A DNA stretch of 64,000 bases, from contig JBHGNT010000014.1 of assembly GCA_043228905.1 (NCBI GenBank), positions 2,108,001 through 2,172,000 of the forward strand, written 5' to 3'. This DNA comes from Azolla caroliniana (taxonomy: Eukaryota > Plantae > Polypodiophyta). Below are positions 23,973 through 35,311 of this stretch, piece by piece (the stretch's first letter is position 1; every line of letters begins with the position of its first letter). The position numbers were made by a program, and so were the translations under genes. A model generated the notes under the pieces. The model saw nothing but the letters and a program-made list of their open reading frames with translations. It was not told the origin of the DNA and made no database searches.

Positions 23973-26900
23973 TTACATGGCTATAAGGTTATCTTCATCA
24001 TTCTCTTCATCTTCCTTTTGAGAACTATCCTCAAAATTTTGTGCATCAACATCCACTCTAGATAGGTTGGCTACAATGGGGTCCTCCAGAAGGTCATCAT
24101 CTAGTTCTGTAAGTTCCCTAGGTTCACCAACCAAGGAAGGAATAGGCTCACGAGAGGCAGCTCGAAACCGTTCCATATCCGTGATATGTTTTGCCCATAC
24201 CTCCTCATCTTGATCTGGGCACTCCCATAAGGCTTTAATCTGCATGTTTATGAAACATACTTGCTCCTCATCCTTCTCCAATGCAACAATATTTCGAAAC
24301 AGTTTCAAAGCACATGCATATGTCATACCTATCACCAAAATAATAAGATTACAACTTCAATAAGATAGTTACCAATAAGTTTATACTTTTGTTGAGAAAA
24401 GTCTAAAAACATACCCATTCCAGAAAACAAATCTAAAATCCAATCTCCTTCGTTAGAGAACATTTCGATAAGGCACATGATGAGTCAATGAGGCTTCTGG
24501 TAAGGATTGACTATGCCACGTTCAGTCATTGTGACATGTCTCAATTTCCGCATAACTATTGGGTACACCAACAGATTTGAACCTCTAACCTCGTTCGAAT
24601 ATTCCTTAATCCTTTGCTTCTTTATTTTATCATAATAACCAACATATATGTGTTCAATGCATTAACAAACCGAAAGGTTGGTCCTCTATTAACGTTGGTT
24701 TTGATACTATACATGACAAAAGGAAAGACTCAAGTTTTAGTTACACAAAGTGACAAGACTTGAAATGCAACCAAAATCGAATTAGTCTTTGCATAAACCT
24801 TACCAAGCATGATTCTCTACACCATGACAATGAGATCTCAATGCTTGAACCACATAATATCCTTGGTCCATACAATGAAAGACCACTATTCTCCACAAGC
24901 TAGCTGTGGTCAACTCCACGAAATCCTTCACCATTTTCTCCAACTATTTGAACCTAAATGGTTCATCATCGTAAGAAGATCTAGCCATACATAAACTATA
25001 TGGAATATCTACAATGAGTAATGTGTACTCCTTCTTCGGCAACTTCTGGATCATCTCAACCACATCACTACAGTACACACTATAATATAGTTCTCGGGTG
25101 ATATCTTTTTTGTGGCTGAACTTCTTGAAAGTTCCTTCATTGTCCACATTGAACACCTTCACTAAGTGTTGATCCTTCTCTTTTTGTGCTCTTTCAAGAT
25201 GGGCAAGAAAGGAAGTTGGAAAATCATATATGTCTTTGACTTCTCCAAGCTTCTTGCTACGACATGGTTTCTATGTGAAACAACAACATAACTCATACTT
25301 AGTCTTCAAATATGTAATAAAGTAGAATGGAAAATTTCAAATAATATGTAATACTAACCCAATCCTTAAAAGCCATCAAATATTCCGATTGCGCCTTGTA
25401 TGAAGATGTAATCGAATACTCTTCGGTCACTTGTTCTCATGTTAAGCAACCAAGTTGCTTCATCATCACCTCCTAAATTTTCATATATACCTTGTGACTA
25501 CAAAAGCATAAACAACCATTAGCACTTACGCATTCAATGAAGACAAAACATGTATTCAAAACAAAAGTATTAGGCTTACTTGTTGAACTCTATGACCATT
25601 TCTTCTAAGCTTAGCTCTTTCGCCATGACTCTAGACAAGATGGACACAAGTAGTTGCTCTTCTTTTATACCCTGTATGGCTCTCCATGGTGTTAACTTCA
25701 TGATGTCCGCTGCTTCCTCGATGGTCAGATCAATCTTTTTTGCCGTGGTTGATTTCAACTCTAGTTGTGGGTCTACTTTCCCCCTTTTTTGACATTCAAG
25801 ACCTTTCACCTCACCTCTTTGTTTTCCCACATTGTAAAGATTTGGTCTTGTAATTCCCAAACAAACCCATCTCTAAAGGCAAGTTGTAACCACAACTCGC
25901 ACTTACGAATACCAACAGACTTTACTACATCGTCCACAATGATCCCAACTTCATGAAGACATTGATGTAGAAGTGATGGAAACATCTTTGGTCCAATTCT
26001 TTATTCATGGTGAAAAAATCGGATGTGCTTTATCGATGACATCTTTTGGCGGCAATCATTGTCGTTGTTATGGTCCCATGCTAACAACTTCGCCTCATCT
26101 GTTGTTAGGGACACGTAAATCTTACATGATTATGCATACTTAAAGAAGTATGTTGTGGTATGTTCTCTTACTAACTGCCTTCTTGCTTTTGCCGAGTGTG
26201 ATCTCCCAATGACATAATAGTTATACTGATCGTGCTTTCTTATGTCAAACTCTTCTAAACACGAACACTTGTCAAGATCAACTATTACAATAAATGGTAC
26301 TACTATTACATGGGGATTAATCTTCATTTTCTTTTTGAGGTTCTGGATGTGTAGTTTGTGAGGCTCCCTAATCTCTAGTGGTCGACATCTAGACTTCTCA
26401 TCAATAGGTGGGCGATAGATGTGGGTAATGGGGAGGTTAAAGACCTATCCTTTCCGCACTAGCTTTTTTTAATTATCTCTCTTCTAATTTTATTCTGTTC
26501 AGATGAAAGAACACCAGATGACAACTCTGCCCCTAGTGTTGTCCTAGATGTGGGTAATGGGGAGGTTACTACTGTTGCATGGGTATTATTAATCTTCATT
26601 TCCTTTTTGAGGTTCTGGACAAGTAGTTTGTGAGGCTCCCTAATCTATAGTGGTCAACGTCCAGACTTCTCATCGACAGGTGGGCAATGGATGTGGGTAA
26701 TGGGGAGGTTAAAGACCTGTCCTTTCCGGTCTAGCTTTTTTTAATTATCTCTCTTCTAATTTTATTCTGTTCATATGAAAGAACACTAGATGACAACTCT
26801 GCGCCTGGTGTTGTCCTCACCTCTTCGTCGTTTGTTGAGCTTGATGACTCTGACTTAGACAGTTTGGTCACTTTCTTTTTGGTTGGCCTTGAGTGCATAG

Positions 26901-27400
26901 GCATCTTTTTGGGTGCCGCCTTTATCAGGGAGGATGAGCACTCTTTTAATGTGACATGGCCCTATATGTATGGACGAAGTGTGGTGATCAAATTATTGGA
27001 TTGCTCAATCACTAATCTAAAAGATTTAGAACCGCATGAGTCCTTCACTAATAAGTCTTCAGATGCAAACATCTTGCGAAATCCCTTTGAGCAATCCACT
27101 AGAAGAATTAGGTTTTGGGAGTTGGGGTCTTCATAGTCCAATCTCAATATTCGGCCGTAACTGAAGGGTCGGTCCTTGGCTGGCTGTCCTTGACCTTTGT
27201 TACGAGATATTAAGTGGACTACCTCCTTATTTGAGTTGATATACTACATGGCCCACTCATGTTTAGTGATATCTCTATCGGCCAAGGTTCCCCCCCCCCC
27301 CCCCATGGACAACCACTATCTTCCCGTGACTCACTTCGTCTGATGGTTGCCTAACAAGGTCATCATAAGATAATAGCTTCTTCCCTTTTTGCGTATACAT
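23973..27400 (-). pseudogene. Intron-containing ParB/Srx-like + beta-class amino (N6A/N4C) DNA methyltransferase fusion, pseudogenised
   Basis: Exons about 27400-25580, 25497-25359, 25270-24804, 24706-24415 and 24328-23973, joined by four GT-AG introns with compatible phases. Motifs LLIVDIPY (24998-25009), IKTN...EHIYVG, NPYQKP and SNEGDWILDLFSGM/GMTYACALKLFRNIVALEKD. Upstream ParB-like YYVIGRSHSAKARRQL and LTTDEAKLLAWDHN. The 5' boundary is approximate. Confidence 0.85.
26298..26817. repeat. 272-bp-offset tandem duplication inside the ParB-like exon, with templated filler
   Basis: 26316-26545 repeats at 26588-26817. The filler agatgtgggtaatggggaggtt (about 26546-26567) is copied from within the unit. 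Confidence 0.85.
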
Positions 27401-27596
27401 GAGAGGGGGAACTTTGGTGCGTATACATGAAAGACTCAGGAAATGGGCACTAAGAGTGCTAGAAAGAGTTCATTACATTATTTGTGCATTGAAAATCGGT
27501 CATTTAGCTAAAATATGCAAAAATCATACATAATACCTAAACCTAAAAGGCATTGATTTATTTGCCAAATCCACTATTATTTGTCAATAATGTCGT

Positions 27597-27820
27597 GAGC
27601 TTGGGCACATATGTGCATCAACTTGTTGATTTATTTGCCAAATCCACTATTATTTGTCAATAATGCCATGAGTTGGGGCACATATGTGCCACAACTCGAT
27701 ACTTGGTATTGAGTTGGGGCCCATATGTGCCCCAACTCGATACTTGGCATCAACTTGGGCAATATATGTGCATCACCTCGATATAAAGTATCGAGTTGGG
27801 ACATATATGGGCTCCAACTC
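27597..27820. repeat. Array of 28-bp palindromes with 41-bp period
   Basis: Consensus GAGTTGGGGCACAT|ATGTGCCCCAACTC at 27670, 27711, 27752 and 27793, plus a degenerate copy at 27597. Confidence 0.85.
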
Positions 27821-29269
27821 AATACTTAAAAGAAAGCAAATTAAAATTCAGTTCTAAATCGTCCATATAGTTTAGGGATGCCTTACCTAGAATCTGTTCA
27901 GGACATTTTCTTCGACGACATGGCTGTTGTGTTGTGGAACTGTGCATGGTCCTGTGTTGTTGCGATGTTGCTATGCGTGGTTTCTTGTCTTTGGTGGTCG
28001 TTCGATCGTCGGTCTCACGTTCGCTCGATCTTATTCTCTCACCCTCACTCTCTCATGTTCTCTCATGTTCTCTTTGTGAAGAGAAAAGGAAAAGCAAGGC
28101 TATATATAGGGCACATAAAATTAGGTAATGTTAGTTAAACTTGACCACAATTAGTTATATAGTTAGATAGTTAGTTAACCACTACATACATAGTTACATA
28201 CTTATAATTACATTTAAAGTTATAATGTAAATATTTATATATTTGTTTATATATATTTAAATAGATATTTTTATAATTGTATTTTTATATTATATGCATA
28301 TGTTTGCATTCAGTCATTTGTTGTATGCTTTGATACATTGCTCAAGAGCACCTCATTTGAACAACAGTGAGTCGTTTGAGAGGATCTTCTAAGTTTGTGA
28401 GAATGAGTGATAATTCACCATTTTTAGTTGAGGAATATCCTATGTCAATAGGTTCACCTTTTTCTATCGAAGAATATTGTGATAGGACACCAACTAATCA
28501 GACACCACCAACTATCGCTTCTAGTCATGAGTCCTCAATTGATGAGTACGACTACAATAAGGATTTATGCCGCCGTCCACCGTCCACCTTTCAACTGGAC
28601 GACAACTGAAGAAAATGCGTACGATGCGCTTAAAATAATGTTGACTCAAGCACTAGTTGTACAACCACTAGATTGGGGGAAACCATTTCACGTTTTTGTA
28701 GACGCCTCAGACATAGCAATAGGTAGTGCGTTGATGCAGTTCACGGAGCTGACTTGGTATAGACCCATATATTACGCTAGTAGGAAGCTATCAAAGGCGG
28801 AGCGTAACTACTCCACAACGGAACGCGAAGCGTTGGGGATGATATACAACATCAATAAATTCCAACATTATCTATTGGTGGGGAAGCAGGCACTAATAGG
28901 AAAATTGGCTAGATGGATGTTGTTGCTCCAGGAGTTCGACTTTGTTATACAACATCAACCGGGTATGCAACACAATGTAGAAGATTTCTTAAGCATAATA
29001 GATAATGGAGAAACGGTGCGAAAGGATGACGACGGCTTTCCTGATGCAGACATCCTGCGGATCGCAACTATAGTGACACATACGGAAAAACAAATTCCCG
29101 ATCGTTGGTTGATGGAGATGACATTCTTTCTTACCACAGGATTACCACCGTCACAATTAAGGACGGATGAAAGGAAATGATTGGCCGTCCGAAGTCATAA
29201 CTTCTGTTTGGTCGAAGACGTCCTGTATCACAAAGGCAGTGACGAGATGAGAAGGAAGTGGTCTTACGC

Positions 29270-29898
29270 TGTCGTGTTATTACACGTGCACGTGTGAAAT
29301 AAGGTGGGACCGCGGGGGCCCTGAACCGAGGATTAAGAGAGACAAGAGGAAGTGAGAAGCGCGGTGGTGTGAGGTCCGCTAGACCTATCCGCAACCGGCG
29401 AAACCTACCGGCTGATTGAACCACCAATGCATATAACGACTCAATCAAGGAGCACACTCGGGAGAGATGAAAGAAGAGACTCTCTGAACATAGACAACAC
29501 AGATAACATAGATAGGCGGAAACAAGAAATTCTGTCACAATAACAGAGGTAATTACAATGGTTGCAACCCTACAGAGAATGATGATAGAGGAAGAGAGAG
29601 CTCGGTTCCCAGTCCGACAACGCCTCCTCCTTCCCTCCCAAAGCGTGATATCCCTTCTTCTTCTCTCCTTTCCTGTATAAGTCTCTGAGGATGCCGTTAC
29701 ATCAAACACATCAACTTAATTCTCTGTCCTTTCGGACAGAGATACACATCGATTTCCTAATTAATAAATGTCTCCTACCTAGTATCTTTACATCAGCCGT
29801 CCTATTCCTACAATGAATCAATTCACACACACTCGCGAAAGGGCGGGTTCACGCCTTTGATTCCTTGATTCATCTTAGGGCCGGTTTTCTTCACGACA
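29270..29898 (-). repeat. 3' LTR of gypsy D
   Basis: tgtcgtg...cacgaca inverted termini; matches 36518-37143. Confidence 0.9.
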
Positions 29899-32800
29899 AC
29901 GCGAAGCTCACTGTGGTACGACAGGAGGACACTATGCAGGCGATGTTACGGCTCGTAAAATCTTGCAAGCCGGCCTATGGTGGCCAACTACGCAAAAGGA
30001 TGTGTATGAATATTGCAAACAATGCGATATGTGTCAACGGATGGGCCAGTTCACGGAGGTCGCGAGGGCGGGTTCACGTCTTTGATTCCTTGATTCCTCT
30101 TAGGGCCGGTTTTCTTCACGACATCCACCCCCACCAAACCGCACAGCCACCGGTATACGCCAGACACGAACAATCGTCGGAGAAGACCAGCCCGGAATCA
30201 TCCATCCCTTCCCGAATCCTCGTCTGCTCCGAACAGGTCGTCATCGTCGGTCACACTTCCCGGGTTTGGCTCATCCTCATGCCGCTTCTTGTATGCCTTG
30301 ATCCGCTTTCCGGCTTCCGGCACTATTAATCGCGTCCCGTCGAGCTCCGCAAGATGATACGTCTCGTTGTCATTCGCGCTTGTTACGGCGTAGGCCCGAA
30401 CCACCTCCTCATGAATTTTCGCATTGCCTTGTGCTGATTGTCGAGGCTGTCGTAGTATACCAACACCCAGTCGCCTTCCTCGATCTTCTTTGGCCGTAGC
30501 CGGTGCGTTCGGTCGAACCGGCCTTTGTTCCTCTCCCTTGCCACATGTAGCTTTGCCTTTGCCCTCTTCACATCCTCCGGTCTTTGCTCGAGCTGTCGAA
30601 TCCGCACCGCCAACAGCTCTTCTCGGCTCATCTCGCTCTTCCAATCTATCACCGTCCACGAGGAGATCGTCCTCTCCATCGACATGATCGACTTCTGCCC
30701 GTACATCAACTCCATTGGCATGAACCTGGTTACTGAGCTGTGCGTAGTTCGGTCCGCCCACAATGCGTAGGGTAGGAGCCGCGGCCAATTCCCGATCTAG
30801 CCTCCACAAGCCCGTACCAACGCCTTTACTATTGGCCCGTGTCCACGTTCCACCTTCCCGTTTTCCTCCATATTGTACGTCGTGGTGAGCGAGAGCTTAA
30901 CCCCTAACCGTTCAAACAGCTCTTCGGCCTCCTGTGCATCCAGTTCCCCACGGTCCGCTACGATCTTCCCTACGCACCCATACCGGCATACTACCTCTAC
31001 GATTAGAAACCGGCACACCATCGTAGCCCTCCACCTGGTTTGTCAAATCCTCTCACGCAAGCACCAGGTACTGCATCGGACTGTGGAGTACAGCTGAAAG
31101 CTTTCGCACGTCGTCACGAACTGGTACACATCCCGGTACAGCCCCGGCCACCAATATTTCTCTCTCAGTTTCTCGAACGTGGCCCAAGTTCTGCAGTGTC
31201 CGGCCCAAGGACTCTCATGGTACGCCGTTAACAACTCGTCCTGCTCATCCTTTCTCGCCACTACGCGGAGTGGAACGCCGCCTCGCTTCTTTGGGAGCTT
31301 CCATATACTTCCATCCCGTGGGAAGAATCAGTACGCTTTCTTCCGGATCCGGTTAGCCTCCTCTCTGGTCCATGCCGCGTCCGACGTCATTGTCCTCAGG
31401 AACCTTCCAATATGGAGCCACTCCCTGTCGTACTCGCTCTCGTTGAACTCATTAAGCGCCAGAGTGCTCCCTGCCCTTCTAGCTATGCAAGCCGACTCGA
31501 AGAAGTCTACGCCGACTTCTTCGTCCTCCGAAACCATGCCGTTCTCGTTGTCAAACCACCCTCTAGAAAGCATATCGGCCTTTCCGGAGATGTGTCATAT
31601 CTCCGGATCCAGGGACTTAAGGTACGCGATCCACCTGAGCATTGCCAGGTCCAAAGTCGCACATCCGGAAACCATACCGAGAATCGGTAGGCAGTCCATC
31701 TTGATGATTACTTCTGTCGCTATCAAGTAGCCTTTATCGGTCTAGACCGCCGAAACGTACTACACAGTTCGCGGTTAACTTGGGCGTATTCTCGTTGTCG
31801 CTCACTGAGAACCTTCGCCCCGAATTGGATTGGGAACCTTGTGCCGCTCTCGTCCTCCTGATTGATCACCCATCCGATCCCGGTCGGGCTCATATCTATG
31901 GTTACGTAGATTGGGACCTCCTTGCCGTAAACTGCTTTCCGGAGAGCCAGTGCCGCAATAAGCGCTTCCTTTAGTCTCTTGATCGACTCCGTATGCTCCT
32001 TCCCCCACTCGAACTTACGCCCCTTTTTCAACAGCCCGTAGAGTGGTTCCGCGACGTGTGCGTAGTGTGGAATCCAGATATGATAGAATGCACATGCCCC
32101 CAAGAACCTTCGAACCTCCGTTATCGACCCGCAGTCATCCTTCATCGTGGAGATGGCCTCCACCTTCGCCGGAGATGGTTTCCGGCCGTAAGACCCTTAC
32201 AGGTGTCCGACGACCATGATTTCTGACTGCCCGAAAGCCAACTTCTCCCCGGAGAAGGTGAGTCGTGCACCTTCGAGCTTTTGTAGCACCTTCTCACAAT
32301 CTCTGATGTGGTCCAAGACGAATCTTTGACACCCTTCTGGTCCAACCATTTCGTCCTTGTCCTCCACCGGACATCCCTTGATCGGGATGTCATCCAAAAA
32401 CGGCATGGTGATGCTTGGGGTGCAGTCCCTTAGCACCTTATTCATCGCATTCACCATGTGCGCTACTGAGTTTGTCCCTGCTTGCGGAAGGGTACACATC
32501 TGCACTAGGCCGAGAGGAGTCCGCATCGTCGTAACATCCTTGCTTTCTCAGCCATTTGGAACTGGTCATACCACGAGTACAGATCTCCGACCAAGTAAAT
32601 TGACCTTCCGGCGAAGGCCTCCGCGAACTCGTCAATGGTAGGCCTGATCCCTGGGTTTCGAATGGTCACCTTGTGGATAGGCTGCAGGTCCTGAATAAAG
32701 TGCAATGTGTCGTTCTTCTTAGGCACATCAAACCACCGATTCGAGTATGGGGCACTCGACAGTTCGAGGATGCTCATCTCCACCTTTTGCTTCAGTAGCT

Positions 32801-34474
32801 CCATCAGCTTCGGGATATGAGCTCTGGGTACTAGAATTGGTTTGAGATTCCATGGCAGATGCGGTACCGTGAAGATCACCATGGATTCCACGATCATCAG
32901 GTCCACACACCCGATTTCTTCCTGCGAAAATGCAAAGCCCTTCCTGTGCCTCCCGAGCATTCCCCGAAACCGTTCCTCCTCCGCCGGCAGTAGAAAGCTA
33001 GCCCCACTAACCTTGAGCTCCTGTAGCGTTATCTAGGTGAACCGGTGTCCTATGCCGACCGGATCCCGTAGACTTGGGTCCGAAGCGACCCCTTTCATCC
33101 GTAACCCGCTGCCCTCTAGCAAGGGTGCCGCGACTAGCCTCACCTTCCGGTCCAAAGTCTTGTACTTCGTATGCACATGGGTTATCCGATCCGACCTGAC
33201 CCTTTCCTCGAAGTCGGCAATGACTTCGTACATTCCCACAGAACTAACCGGAACTGTCCGGTCCTCACTAAGGCCTTCTACAAACACCTTCTGTAGTTCC
33301 CCCAAGGTGTCGACAAAAGAGACCGCCTCCACGGTGCCGCTAATTTCTTCATCGGGGGCGAGGACTCCGCACGTCCTGAGTCGTTCCTCCGTGTGCTTCG
33401 TTTCCCGGCCACTGATGTCAGTCATAGTACAACTTCCATTATCGGAGAACCAAAATTACCTTCCTATGGTACATGTGTGGGGTTTCTCCATGGTGTCTGG
33501 ACTATCGCGGCCCCACGCCTTAATAGATCTCTCTAAAAATCCCCTCGGCTATCGCCGCCAAGGGTCTCACAATTACGCTCGTGGTTCACCTGCACGGTCA
33601 GGAATTGGACGGAGCGATGTCTATCTTAGCTTTTGACGCGCGCGTACGCCGAACCGTTGTCAAGCACCTTGGTCTCCATGTGCGCCGTAGTGATGTATGG
33701 TTCGTCGAGATTCACCGGGTGTGAGGATGTCTCTTGCACGAAGAAGTGTTGGTCAATCTCGACATCCCCAATCTTCACACTAACATTCGGGCATGCCTTG
33801 TGCAGTTCCTCCGTAGCGCGTGTCGCCGCACGTATCTTCCAGTTGTGCTTGGTGTTGATGGGCCACTTCCCCTTCTTGTAGAAATCCATGGACATCAGGT
33901 TGGTCTCCAAGTCGTGGTGTATCCACGCCACCACGGGCTCCTGGACGTCGCCGATCCGAACAGGGGTCTCTGTCGTCGAATAATGGCTTTCCGCCAACTC
34001 GTCCTCTAGGGCCGTGTCTTCCAGGTGCATCGTCCGCACCTCCACGGGCTTCTCCGGTTCGAGCTCCATCGAGAGCCGCTTCGGCTTCACCAAGTCCACA
34101 ATAGAATCGTGGAACTCCTTCTTCGTGATCCCAAGTACCTCCCGTAGCGACAACTCCACCTTGCTGTCGAGGACCCGTTCCTCAAGGACCTTTCGCAGGT
34201 CCGTCGTTCGCTCGATTTCGGTGCTCACCCGAAAACCGGCCCGCTTCATTTTGGGTTACCGACATCGTTTTGCTTCTACCTAAATTGAGTCTCGTACTGT
34301 TGTGAGGGCCCGGCACCTCCGTCCTTTCCCGCACGCTTGTCTTCTACTAGAACCTCATAATTCTGGCACGCGGCCTCCACGAGACCGATCTTCTCCTCAA
34401 CCGGATCGTCCCATCCGGTGGCTTCCCGAACCCGCCGCTCTGCGCGACTCACTTCCTCCCTCCTCAATCGTGCG

Positions 34475-35311
34475 CATGGTTGTTTACGTACCCATATTTA
34501 ATGTTTAAATACGTATAATACCTTGAGCATCATTTGTATAGTACATACTATACCTCAATGTTGTTCAGTCAAATATCATGTACGTTTGTCCAATACGATA
34601 TTTAACGTATTTATAAAAAAATAGGTATAACACATATTTATAAAGAAAATGTAAGTAAAACCCTAACAAAAAGCAAAAGAAAAAAAAGATTTTAGGAAAA
34701 AAGAAGCCAAAGGAAGGAAGAAAGAAGAATAGACAAGACGACGATGAAGAAGATGAAGAAGAAGAAGAAGAAGAAGAGAGAAAAGAAGACATAAACCTAT
34801 CTTGAGTGTGATAATCGTAGAAGATAGAAGAAGAAGAAGAAGAAAATGAAGAAGAGAGAAACCTATCATGAGTGTGATAATCGTAGACGATTCCTCAATC
34901 TATGAAGGCATAATTGTAAATAATTACAATTTGAAGTAGAACATCGTGATACACACTTAAACTGATTTATAGAATAAGGGAATGTCGACATCCATATTAC
35001 TACAAGTATTTTAGGATTTGAAATGTTCAAATGTCTTATATGCATTTTAGGATGTAGAACTATATTGTACATTACAAAATTGTGTAAACATAGATGTTTT
35101 TTACAATATTATAGATATTGTTTAGAAAGGTTAATAATTTTCAAATTCTAGAAGTATTTAACGTACTATACGTAAAATACGTATTTTATAAGTATTTAAC
35201 ATATTAAGAAAACGTATTTAACGTATTTTAAAATTGGGAGATACTATACGGGTATTAATACGTTAAATACGTATGGTATCCGTACCATACCTAACGTACC
35301 TAACAACCTTG
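34475..35311. mobile_element. Non-autonomous TIR DNA transposon (hAT-like) inserted in gypsy D gag
   Basis: AT-rich insert with termini CATGGTTGTT / AACAACCTTG and subterminal tacgta repeats. Host tcgtgcg is duplicated at 34468-34474 and 35316-35322. Confidence 0.65.

Noticed and set aside
23973-27400. Bacterial contamination as the source of the MTase
   Set aside because: The gene has phase-consistent spliceosomal introns, decay typical of plant repeats, and plant retroelements on both sides.
27597-27820. Palindromic repeats as a CRISPR-like array
   Set aside because: The 13-bp linkers are homologous to each other rather than unique spacers.
29131-29709. 192-aa ORF (and its twin at 36508-36954) as a host gene
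   Set aside because: Both lie inside the LTRs of gypsy D and show no recognisable domain.
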